This document shows, piece after piece, positions 12,795 through 25,099 of a stretch of DNA of 64,000 nt. Location of the stretch: the NCBI GenBank assembly GCA_015680685.1, contig MNCI01001786.1:14022-78021 (forward strand), given 5' to 3'. The translations under genes and the position numbers were made by a program. The notes beneath the pieces are model-generated. The model worked only from the letters and a program-made list of their open reading frames with translations, was not told where the DNA came from and ran no database searches. Source of the stretch: Gnetum montanum (lineage: Eukaryota; Plantae; Gnetophyta). Position 1 is the first letter of the stretch. Each line of letters starts with the position of its first letter.

Positions 12795-13608
12795 TGATGA
12801 GTGGCGAGGTACCCCTACACTCAACCATATGAATACGAGCATGTACGCGCGATCCAGTCGAACTCTGCAGATGGACTAGTTGTAACACCTAGACAGTTAG
12901 CCTTAGGTCGCAGTTCGTTGTCTTCCCACCTGGACTAGCATTACTTTTGTCATGTATGGTTTATTCCAGAGTGAGGTGTATGATGGTTCCTAATCTAATG
13001 CTACTCTTGAACGCAATGGAAAGTGATATTAACTAGCCTAACCTAGGAGAGAAAGGGTAAGAGAATCTAATCTAGCCTAAGTGTGATGAGCATCCATCCT
13101 TAATCATCTGTACACATCCTGAACTTCATGCACGACTGCCACTGGGATCACCAAGCGTAGATCCTAGGTACACTATTGGGTTACCAAGTAGTCACACTTA
13201 AATGCTCGTGATTAAATCGTACTCATTCTACATTACTAGGAGATAAGGGTGAAGAGAGATTAATCATCTAGGAAAGCAATTAAACATTCAACAGTAATTA
13301 AATCCTATTTAGCTTAGTCCACATGTTGCAAGGTTTATCAGAAAGTTCATCTTTATTGCTGCGTGTGCTTAGGTACAATTCGCTCGAATAGAGATCTGTT
13401 CACTTTGAGACTCCTACTGCGGGCACATGGAAATTATTCTAACTCTGGAATGGAAAAATGGCAAGAGTTTAGGTAAGGTCTAAATCTAGATGAGAAACAA
13501 GGGAGTGCCGCCTCTTATTTATAGACTTGGCAGCGGACCACGATATCAGGTATGTGATATCACAGGGGACGACACAATATCGTGGCTCATGCGAATCGTG
13601 TCTCATTA
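12795..13608 (-). repeat. 3' LTR
   Basis: High identity to 17965-18784; PPT complement TACCCCCATGACT directly follows on the + strand. Confidence 0.92.
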
Positions 13609-15236
13609 TACCCCCATGACTGAATGAAAAATCGTCCTCGAGTTCCTTACAATAATATCGGGAAGGTATGGAATTATTGAGGGGAATGTAACTAATGGGA
13701 TGACATGTGAACGGATCATTATTACAAGACTTGACAAAAATGGTGTTCATGACAACAAGGGCGAACACCTAATTACAATGACATCAGGCCTTAGTTGGCA
13801 GCTGAGAAAGAGAGAGAGAGAAAGAAGTGTTGCTGCTGCCAATGCCAAGATTGCACCTTTGTTTTCCATCTATAAGCACGTCATCGATCTTGCTCCTTGC
13901 ATAGCCACTTCAGCGCTACTCCATTCCAAGTGGTTCCTCCCGATCTGGTCTATTATTGCATGGTCACCATCTGTACACACAACACAATCTTATATTAGCA
14001 AGGGTAAATGAATCATCCTATAATTGATACCTTGCTTCGGTGTAGGTCCATTGGCTAGGTTGTGGTATGGCTAATATGGATCGGGAGATATAGTAATGAT
14101 GACTACCGAAGGTGTAGGGGTTAGGAAGAAAATCAAAAATTTTGGGGCTGGGAGAAAATAAAAAAAAATCAGGTCCCGTACCCCCATGACTAATTGTGAA
14201 CCTCCGATAGCATTAGAATGGAGAAAGAAAAGGAGTAAGAAAGATAGATAAAAAAGGATAACTATGGCATCGATGAAATGGATGTCAAGATGGAAATGAA
14301 CAAAATAAAATTAATTGAAAAATGTTAAGGGAAAGAAATTAACGGATGCTCCAAATAGGAATGTCAGTGGGTCCTCCCTAAAGTAGGCCCATGCCCTTAA
14401 TGCCCTAACAAACCCACATTCAAAGAGTCCGTAGGCTCTAGGAATGTCATTTGGAACAAGAGTTAAAGTCTTAACCACAAGCGTTTACCAAGAAGAAAAC
14501 AATGCATCAACCAAAATATATACAATAATGAGACAACCGGAAATGAGGTGAATAATGGAGAGAAGGATGGAGAGAAGAGAATGGAATGGAATCCCAAGAA
14601 CAAAGTGGTGTACAGCCCCTTGTGTAGTTCATGATTAATGTGACTTAGCAGTTCTCATTCCAAGTCTGGCCTCAAACCAACCACATCCAGTGACTTCGCA
14701 TCAACACATTTGGCCAAACCATCCACTTGGATAACAAGGATGCATCTCCAAAGAGCCACCACCATTCTGATGAATCAAATGAGAGAATGGGAAGCAAGAA
14801 GGGCCTTAGTTAGAGGGAACACTTTTGGTTCCATAACCAGTGCTTATAGCCCAAGTTTATTCGTCTAAGGGGTGTGCTTTGAATTCTCACTTGGTTTTTT
14901 TTCTGTGTTTTGTGTTTTTATGCGTGAGAACCACACCATGCAAAGACTTTTTATTTTTATTGTCTCAGCTTCCGATAATTGGGGTAACATCGGAATAGTA
15001 AGAANNNNNNNNNNNNNNNNNNNNNNNNNNNNNNNNNNNNNNNNNNNNNNNNNNNNNNNNNNNNNNNNNNNNNNNNNNNNNNNNNNNNNNNNNNNNNNNN
15101 NNNNNNNNNNNNNNNNNNNNNNNNNNNNNNNNNNNNNNNNNNNNNNNNNNNNNNNNNNNNNNNNNNNNNNNNNNNNNNNNNNNAGTTCATACCATCATTC
15201 TGAACACTTATTGGGTGACAAAATTATAGGGTGGAT

Positions 15237-15258
15237 CACACACACACACACACACACA
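15237..15258. repeat. (CA)n microsatellite
   Basis: Run of 11 CA units. Confidence 0.9.
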
Positions 15259-15494
15259 ATGGAAAAAGTATAACGATGTTGTAAAACAAAAACAAGAAAA
15301 GTTAAAGAAATTTGTAAAACAAAAATTAGAAAAGTTAAAGAACTTTGTAAAACAAAAATGTGTAAGACAAAAATGTTGTAAAATAAAAAATTTAAAAGAC
15401 AAAAAGATAAAACAATAAATTAAAAGGTGAAAAAATGGAAAATAAAAAGTTGAAAAATTAAAGAATCAGAAAAATATTTATTAATTTTGTGTTG

Positions 15495-17823
15495 TTAGAA
15501 TGGAGGATACCCCCAATACCAAAATGGTTGAGCATGGCTAGAATTAATAAATGGAAGATTAGGATCCTTGTATATTGGAAATATTGGGACCTGGTCATAC
15601 TAACCCCATTGGGGTTCACACACTTGATTATAATAATCATAGTGGGTCAATTTATAAGATGTAGTTTCCGGATAATGAGTTGACCCACTAGGATAATTGG
15701 GACTAGTAGATGGTATGCAAGGATTAGGATGTCACCCTCCATGGTCGTATTCATTGAGCTACATGGTTGTTGGAGTGTTAAGTGGTGGCCTTGATGAGGT
15801 AACATGAGGCATTAGGTTTGAAGAGGAAGATGCACCACAGTGTTGGGTTTGCGCTGAGTTGGCGGACGCAGTGGTTCTTGAACTGTGGTGTCCCTTTTGA
15901 CAGTCATGTCTAAAGAAGGATGCTTTCGATGTTGTAAAGGACCTCCACTGCTATTGGGAGTAGTAGCACAAGTAACGTTTGCGGGTTGGTGCTGTGGTGC
16001 AAAAACTTCATGAACAATTGGTGGCAATGTAGAAGATGAAAAAGGATGAGAATGTTGAAAATTAGGAGAAATGTGAGGTACAAAAGGTAGTGGTTGTGTT
16101 GAGGACATGGGATGATAGTATGGAGGAGAATGATAATGCAGCTGTGATGTAGGAGGTGGTTGATAGTATTGAGGAGAATGAGGTTGAGGATAAGTGTAAT
16201 AAGTGTAAGGCACATGAGGTGGTGATCTTGTTGGAGAGGACATGGGTGGATAGTACTCGGGAGAATGATAATGATGAGGTGAGGTAGAGGATGATGAGCT
16301 TGATGGAGAAATAGGATGTTGAACATAATAATAAGCATTTGGCATTGAGACGTATGAAGGGTACTGTCCAGCTGGCGGTGGCCTCCCCCATGATTGAGGT
16401 TTTTGCCACTGTGGTTCCACCAGATATTTTTGTATGAGATCTGAATGTAACATTCCTTCCCAATGCTCATGTAAATGTGACAAGACTGGGCATTGGCCCT
16501 TGGGGTGATCATATAGACAAACATTACATTGATATGTGAAATTGGCAGTTGAGCTCTTATTCTTATGATCTTCTACCCTTTGTTTNNNNNNNNNNNNNNN
16601 NNNNNNNNNNNNNNNNNNNNNNNNNNNNNNNNNNNNNNNNNNNNNNNNNNNNNNNNNNNCTTGAAGTGAGTTGATTTCTCCTCTTCATGATCATGGACCC
16701 TTGTTAAGTTAACATTTTGTTCCTGTTGAGAACTTTCAACATTCTCCCATTTGGCTAGTTCTCCTTCTTCTTTTGCTACCCACTTAATAAGCTCTTGAAG
16801 TTGATGGGTTTGTAGCTCATATAGTTGACCTCGGGCATACATCCCTAGGGTCTCTCTTGTTTCATTACACAGCCCATCAATGATATGATTCATTAGCCTT
16901 TCTTCAGAGAACTCATGGCCTGGACAGTTGTTTAACAATGTGTAATATCTTTCTAAGGCCATGTCCAATGGTTCATGTTGTGCTTGTTTCCACTCTTGGA
17001 TTTGTTTCCTTAAGGCTAACACTCTTGCGTAGGTTTGATTTCTTTCATTGAAAGCTTCTACCATTGTTGGCTAGCATCATATTGAATTTGGTTTTAACTA
17101 TCTATACCATACTTTTTCTTGGCCAATGAGTGTCATAGGGAAGAGCTTAAGTTTTTACCACCCATTATCAATATTGTTCCATGCACAGGCATCATAGAAG
17201 GCTTGTAAATGATGTTACGGATCTGAATCATAGCCTCCTGAAAATCTAGGAAAGTTGTTTAAATCGAGCCTGGGTAGACAGCTCTCTTTACGATGCCTAT
17301 GTGAGATTCGAACAGCCTCTTGTATTTGCGTTAGGCTCTTAATGGCCAGCGGGGGTTCATCATCATCAGGTAAGTTGTGTGTTTGTGTGTTGGGATGATG
17401 TTGCCTTTGTTTATGTTGGCGTTCTTGATTTTCTTTGTGAGCTCAATTTTTAGTTCTATGTTGATCCCTTGAAAGATAGTCATCTATATCACAATCTGAC
17501 GTTGAAGAGGTAGAGGAAGAGAAGGAACTGTAAAACTCATTATGAATTTTGTAAGCCTTCCAATCATCCCCAAGCAAATTCTTGTCAGTTATTGAGAAGG
17601 TCCTAGGCCTTCTAGGCCTCCTCGTTCTATGGGACATCTCATCCTTACTAGAGGTGTCAGAGTGGGATGACAAGGATCCTTGAGTATCGCTGGGGTGTTT
17701 GTAAATGTAGGGAACTCCTGCATAAGGTTGAGTACTCCAGTCTTCATTATTAGCTAATTCGTTGGTTCTCCAATGAATTTCCTCATTAAGTGTGGCATTA
17801 TTGTCATCTTGTAGGAGAGGCAT
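15495..17823 (-). pseudogene. gag: gag (retrotransposon gag domain, zinc knuckle, Pro/His/Tyr-rich tail)
   Basis: FPRFSGG..DP.HHLQAFYDAC, KLFPMTLIG, LRKQIQEWKQ..EPL..ALERY..LLNNCPGHEF, knuckle CNVCLYDHPKGQC near 16510, ORF 15812-16483. Confidence 0.85.
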
Positions 17824-17945
17824 TGTTGTGAACTTGTGTGTGAAACTGTATGTGACTTTTAATAATTATTTCTTTCTAAAAGATATATCGTTAAGTCCTA
17901 TACAGCGACCTTGTATGATATAACTAATCTAGATAACTAGCACCA

Positions 17946-17963
17946 TCCCCAGCAATGGTGCCA
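17946..17963 (-). other. Primer-binding site, tRNA-Asp type
   Basis: Minus strand reads TGGCACCATTGCTGGGGA, a CpG-decayed form of the Athila PBS TGGCGCCGTTGCCGGGGA. Confidence 0.85.
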
Positions 17964-17964
17964 A

Positions 17965-18784
17965 TGATGAGTGGCGAGGTACCCCTACACTCAACCATAC
18001 AAATACGAGCATGTACACGTGATCCGGTTGAACTCCACAGATGGACTAGTTGTAGCACCTAGACAGTTAGCCTTAGGTCGCAGTTCATTGTCTTCCCACC
18101 TAGACTAGCATTACCTTTATCACGTATGGTTTAGTCCAAAGTGAGGTGTATGATGGTTCCTAATCTATGCTACTCCTGAAGGCAATGGAAAGTAATATTA
18201 ACTAGCCTAAGCTAGGAGAGAAAGGGTAAGAGAATCTAATCTAGCCTAACACATCCTGAACTTCGTGCACAACTACCACTGGGATCACCAAGCGTAGATC
18301 CTAGGTACACTACTGGGTTACCAAGTAGTCACACTTAAATGCTCATGATTAAATCATACTCATTCCGCATTACTAGGAGATAAGGGTGAAGAGAGATTAA
18401 TCATCTAGGAAAGCAATTAAACATTCAACAGTAATTAAATCCTATTTAGCTTAGTCCACATGCTACAAGGTTTATCAGAAATTTCATCTTTATTGTTGCA
18501 CGTAAATATGTGCTCAGGTACAATTCGCTCGAATAGAGATCTGTTCACTTTGAGACTCCTACTGCGGGCACATGGAAATTATTCTAACTCTAGAATGGAA
18601 AAATGGCAAGATTTTAGCTAAGGTCTAAATCTAGATGAGAAACAAGGGAGTATCGCCTCTTATTTATAGACTTGGTGGTAGACCGCGATATCGTGTACGT
18701 GATATCGCAGGGGACGACATGATATCGTGGCAGCCACAATATTGTGTACACGATATCGCGGCTCATGCGAATTGCGTCTCATCA
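17965..18784 (-). repeat. 5' LTR
   Basis: Paired with 12795-13608; PBS adjacent. Confidence 0.92.
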
Positions 18785-19200
18785 CTTTCGTACCATAAGC
18801 ATGTATTAATTTTATCATGCTTACTTTTTTTGTATTTCAGTGTAACATCTTTACAAATATTATAAATGTTCCTTTTTAGAAAAAACATATCTCTTTTTGT
18901 GATACCTTGAATTCTTGCTCTTCATTGAATAGATCCTTAATATATCTCTCATAAATCATATCTATTAGAAATCCTTCATTCCATCATGACACTATCTTTT
19001 GATGTATCTCAAGGGAAATATGTATTGACTAAGCATCTTTTCTCTTTGACATGGGATCAAGAAAGCCATGACAATAAGCTCTTGATATATCAACATGATT
19101 CATTTCTTTATATATAATGCGTGCAACATGGTTAGTTGCATGCATAATGCAAACTATAAAATTATGTTGACAACCAATCATTTCTGTCTTCCTTAGGTGC
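18785..19200 (-). pseudogene. MULE transposase N-terminal part (continuation across the LTR insertion)
   Basis: GCQHNFIV...VARIIYKEMNHVD...CHG motif, on the same strand as and collinear with 11350-12794 once the TSD-bounded insertion is removed. Confidence 0.65.
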
Positions 19201-19924
19201 CACCCCTACAATAACATTTGGGCCATACAAACAATGATAATTGATTCATGTATATTTATGGATATCAAACAATACTCTAATAATATACATTATACAAAAT
19301 ATTTAATAAACATAGTTGAGGACATCACAAATATAAGAAAACCTACCATGTACAACAAGTGTAGTGGTTTGATTGGGAGAAAGTTTGCTTTTTCCATTTT
19401 TGTTGGTTTTTATTCCTATAGAAAAATCCGTAAGAAAATATTTCATTTCTCTATTTTCCTACAATGCAATAGTCCACTCTTTCTTTATATATCCAAATAA
19501 AGGCATCATCATAAAGTTAGGACCATGTTATTTCATTTATTGAAAAAGGGCCAATTGGTGGATCTTATACTTCTTATTGTCATGCTATTTCCTAGAAACC
19601 AACATGCTCTTACCTTTCTCACATCTATTAGAAAATTTTTTTGTTTGCTAACTCAAACTACAATTCCATAATCTACAAATCATGTAATCGACAAACACAA
19701 CTTGCAAAGTAAAATGAACATCCATACATACCTCAGAAATCAACACGAACCTAGTTTGTAATACTTTTCTTGTACTGACAACAATGCTATAATGTCTCAA
19801 AATAAAACTTGGGTTCCTTATTTTAGTTCATTCATGAAATGTAAAAAAAATTTTAGGTAGGTGTGAACGATCATGTCATGCAACCTATCGTAGAATAAAT
19901 ATAAAAATGCAAGTTAATGTGACT

Positions 19925-22390
19925 CGTAGGATCCTCTAAAAAGCATTATGCTTTTAGTGAGCTAAAATTACTTGGAAAATCAAGCTTCTGATGCACATAT
20001 GCGTTTCCTCCAAACATTTTCAAATATTGCAAGGGGTGCATCTAGTAGCCATCTTGTAGAGGATTTTGGAAGCCTTCCAACTATCGGACACATGCATTCA
20101 CACTTGCATTGATGCTTCTAGTGGTACATAATATTTTTAGCAATATTTTACCAAACACTATGAGGGACTACTGGTAGTAGTGCCTTCGCAAGATCCTCTG
20201 AAAAGTGTTATGCTTCCAGTAAGTTAAATGTACTTGGAAATCATAGCTTCTAATGCACAGATGTGTTTTTGGAAAACATTTTTCAAACAATGCAAGGGGG
20301 TGCATCTAGCAGGCAACCCATAGGAGCTTTCAGAAGCCTACCAACTATTGGGAGCATAAATTCACTCTTTCATGAGTGCTTCCGATGGAACATAGTATTT
20401 TATAGCACATTGCAAGGGACTACTAGTAGTAGTGCCCTCACAGGACCCTTTGGAAAGTGTTTTGCTTTAGGTAAGCCAAAAATACTTGGAAATCATAGCT
20501 TCCAATGCATAGAGGTGTTTCTAAAGAACTTTTTTCAAAGGATGCAACAAGGTGCATCTAGCAGACAATTTATAAGAGCTTTTGAAAGCCTACCAGCTAT
20601 TGAAAGCACACATTCACTCTTGCATTGATGCTTTTGGTAGTACATAACACTTCCAGTAATATTTTACAATACACTATGAGGGATTGCTAGTAAGAGTCGT
20701 AGGACCCTCTAGAAATTGTTATGCTTCCAATGAGCTAAAAGTACTTGGAAAACACAGCTTCCAATGCACATGCTTGTTTTCACTGAACATTTCCAATGAC
20801 TATGGGGGGATGCATCTAGCAACCATCTCTATAGGATTCTCAGAGCTTACCACCTATTGGAATCATAGATTTATGTTTGCATCAATGCTTCTAGTGGCAC
20901 ATAAGACTCCCAGTAGTATTTTACCAAACATTATGAGGGACTACTAGTATCATTGCCCTTGCATGAAGGTTCGGAAAGCATCATGCTTTCGGTGACTTGA
21001 AAGTACTTGAAAATCATAACTTTTGGTGAATAGATGCATTTTTGAAGAACTTTTCTAATGAGTGCAAGAGGGTGCATCTAGTAGTAAACATGCAGTAGTT
21101 TTTAGAAGCCTACAAGCTACTGAAAGCACACATTCACTCTTGCATGGATGCTTCTAGTGGTGTGTAAGACTTCTAGCAATATTTTATAGTAGACTACAAG
21201 GGACTGCTAGTAGCAGTGCCCTTGTAGGATCCTTCAAAAAGCATTCTACTTCCAATGAGCTAAAATACTTGGAAAATGCAGCATCTGATGCACATACTTG
21301 CTTCCATCAAACATTTCCAAAGATTGTGAGGAGGTGCATCAAGCATCCATCCCACATAGGATTTCAAAAGCCTACTAGCTACTAGAAGCATGCATTCACA
21401 CTTGCATCGATGCTTTCAATAGCATGTATGAATTCCAATAGTATTTTACCAACCACTGTGAGGGACTACTAATCATAGTGCCCTCACAAGAAGGTTCGAA
21501 AAGCGTTATGCTTCCAATGGCCTAAAATTACTTGAAAATTACAACTTCTAGGGCATAGACAAGTTTTTAAAGAAGTTTTCTGAAATAGTGCCAAGGGGTA
21601 CATCTAGCATCCAATCCACAAGAGCTTTTGGAAGCCTATTAGCTATCAAAAGCACATATTAACTCTTGCATGGATGCTTTTGGTGGCATGTATGACTTCT
21701 AGCAATATTTTATAGTTCACTGTGAGTGACTACAAGTAGTATTGCTCTCACAAGATCCTCTGGAAAGAATTCTACTTTCAATGAGAAGAAAGTACTTGGA
21801 AATTGTAGCTTCTAGTGTCTAGACACATTTTCAAAGAACGTTTTCAAAGACTGTGAGGGGGTGCATCTAGTGGCTGAACCACAGAAACCTTCAAAAGCTT
21901 ATCATCTACCAAAAGCATGCATTCACACTTGCATCAATGCTTTCAATGGCACATAAGGCTTTAGGTATTTTACAATACACTATGAAGGATTGGTAGTAGT
22001 AGTGCCCTTGTAGGATCCTTTGAAAGGCATTATTCTTTTGTTAACCTAAAAGTACTTGCAAATTGCAGCTTCTAGTGCAAATACACATTTTTGTTAAGAA
22101 TTTTCAAAGAGTCCAAGGGGATGCATCTAGCAAGGAACACAAAGCATGCATTTACTCTTGCATGGATGCTTTCGGTGGTCCCCAAGACTTCTACTAATAT
22201 TAGCTAAACATTGTAAGTGACTACTAGTAGCAGTGCCCTCGTAGAAAGATCCAGAAAGTGTTATGCTTCTGGTGATTTGCATTTACTTGCAAATCATAGT
22301 TTCTAGTGAACAAACACACTTCTACAGAGGTTTTTCCAAAGACTTTGTGGTAGTTTTTCTAGTAGCTAATCTACAAGGCCTTTCAAAAGT
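19925..22390. repeat. Diverged tandem array, ~262-bp unit, ~9.5 copies
   Basis: Anchor TGCATCTAG (or a 1-nt variant) at 20037, 20301, 20553, 20811, 21073, 21335, 21599, 21862 and 22122. Confidence 0.93.
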
Positions 22391-25099
22391 TTTATTTTCT
22401 ATGTGCTATGACTAACTGTGGTTGGCACCATTCTCACAATTTGTGTTGTGAGGAAATGTGACTAGCATTTCTTCATGTTAATACATGTACGATGGAATAT
22501 GCATGATGGTAAAATGAACATCATGCATGCCAATCATGCTTTCATCTTTACATACATCATTATTACATGTGTGCCACCAACAATATCATAGATTTCCTTA
22601 TATCCTAATGAGAACAGATGCAGCCATGTTCATTGGTAGTGTTTTTTAGAAGGTTTGTAAATGATGAAGGGGTTATAGACATAGAATCATAGAAGGGGCC
22701 ATTGATGAAGGGCTTTTGAATTTAATGTCCAACTATGGCTGAAGAGTCATGGCCATATTCATTTGGGAAATAAAATGTCACATGTGTCTTGAGTACTTAT
22801 TTTTTTTTATCTTCAAAAAATGAAATACCTCCACATGAAGCTACATTCTATGTTACAAGTTTATGTAGGGTCGATAATAGAAATGTGTTGGAAATCTTAG
22901 CAAAAAATGGCAAAAGTGATGACAAAGATGAAGAAGAGCAAGATGAGTTTGGTGATGATGATGATGATGAAGAGAAAGAAGAGAGTGATGAAGATGTTGA
23001 AGAAAATAATAAAATTAGTTCAAAAATTACATGGGTAAATGTTTTGGATATGAAGAGGAAAAACAAAGAAGAGTACAAAATTACATATTAGTCTAATAGA
23101 AAGATTTTCTTGAATTCTTTGAAGTAAGAAAAGCAATAGATCGTTGTTGACAAAGATAATAAAAGGTCTATTACATGGTCTTGGTTTTTTATTTTCTTGT
23201 CCCTACTCCATACATAGTACTTTCTCCCAAATTTTAACTCAGTCATGGACGATTTTTTGCGTAAGTGGACATTTATGAGATGCTAGCATTGAAGGAAAAA
23301 TTCTAAATCTATGAAACTCCATGGATGAAAATGTGGGACTTTGTGGTGCTGAAGCATCTTACACAAAATCTAAAAATGAAAATTATAAGGATTTCCCATT
23401 TGAATGAAGACTTAGATTGCAAGATGTAATGTGGTAATTATCAAAGGATGATGAGACTCATGCCAGAATTGTGCTAGCACTTGAATATCCTCTACCATGT
23501 CTTGTAAAAGCTAAGGCTCCAACTTTGTGCTATGTTGATGACAAGGAAGAAGAATCTCATGACATATTCAAGGATGTAGTGCTATATTTGAATTCAATTT
23601 CTATAGATGACATTGGTCAGTGCCATGCACTAGATTTGGGAGGCCACCATATGGACAAATCCTCTTCATTGAAACTTCTTATTCATGAAAGCATGAGTAG
23701 AGACCCCATCAAAACTGATCTCAAAAGTGTTAGTTGTTGCTTTAAGTGTTTTGTCATTGAATTTATTTACTTAGAAGTTATTTTAGATTATCATATTCCA
23801 CTTTAAACTAAAATAGCACCAAGGGTACATTGTTGTGGTGAAAATATTCATCTTCTTGAATCTTTGATGTATGTTGTAGGTTCGAGGTAGTTTACTCCTT
23901 TAAGGAAAATAAAACTTTCTTACTTATTATGATCCTTTAATGAAATGATGCACTAATCTCATTGTAATGGTAAAGAGTATTTTTAGCCAAGATTACTTAT
24001 TTATTTTTTGCTAGGTGATGAGCGATGAGTAGTTCCTACACCCAACCATATGAATTACAAGAATTCACATGTAATTTGGTCGAATTCCATAGATTTTAGC
24101 TCTCTAAGTGTACATCATTTAGGATAGTAAATCTAAGGACGTGATTGTTGTCTTCTTGGTTATACTTGTATAAGTGCAAGTGTATGGTTAAGTGTAGCTA
24201 AGGCACATGATTTGTATAATTATATATTTTTATCTATTTTATCCTAAGCATAAAATAAAGTGATTAAGTGCTAATTAATCTAATAACTATCTAGTATATT
24301 AAGCTAATTCCTAACATAACCATTTGGTCCCACCTACTGTACACATCATGAATACATTATAATATTAATGGGTTATCAAGTGCTAGCACTACTAGGATTA
24401 CCAAGAATTAATGATATGTTCAAGGTGCTCGTACTTATGTGTATTAATTAATCTTATTTAATTAACTAAAGAAACTGAAGTAAATGGCATGAATAATGAA
24501 GTGTATTAAAGTAAATATTAAGCTAATTCCAAATGTTGCAAGGTTTATCAAGAAGCTCGTCTTTATTGTTGTTACACCAAAGTGTCCATGTACATTAGTG
24601 TTCAAATAAGAATTCATATAGCTCTTAATTCCTATTGCAGGAACTTAGAAAATATTTTGATTGTTGGAAAAGCAAATTGCAAGAACTTTGTTAAGCTACT
24701 AAATGAATGATCCCCTAAATGTGGTGGGTGCATACATTGATATAGGCAAACATAGACACTCTGTGGATACATATGCCTCAACCCATCTCCCCATGTGTCG
24801 ATGGAGATGCATCGATAGGTACATGTTAATGAGGATGCATCAATGTGACCTCATGAATGCACTCCAACTGATGATTCATCATACCCCTATGACTAACTGA
24901 AAACTCATCCTCAAGTGAACAAATGGAGGAATAAACTTCTTACAATATTTGGGAAGATATGGAATTAGTAACTGACTAATTGACTCAAACTAACACTAAG
25001 TTCCCAAGTGTACAAATTTACAATGTTTACAAAAATAGTTGTTCATGAAAAAAAATTGAATACCTTTACAAAAATGGATAACTAGAATTCCTTTGACAG

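Larger units (their letters stand above)
12795..18784 (-). mobile_element. Complete non-autonomous (gag-only) Athila-like LTR element, ~6 kb
   Basis: LTRs at 17965-18784 (5') and 12795-13608 (3'); TSD CTTTT/CTTTC; PBS and PPT present; no pol sequence visible, although two small N gaps lie inside. Confidence 0.88.

Noticed and set aside
15812-16483. Extensin-like Pro/Tyr/His-rich host protein
   Set aside because: It lies directly after the gag zinc knuckle inside an LTR element and has no signal peptide.
20263-20947. ORFs in the 262-bp array
   Set aside because: Unit lengths are not consistently multiples of three and the frames are not maintained.
22789-23806. Acidic ORF and neighbouring ORF as host exons
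   Set aside because: GAT/GAA low-complexity sequence in CpG-depleted DNA; no recognisable domain.
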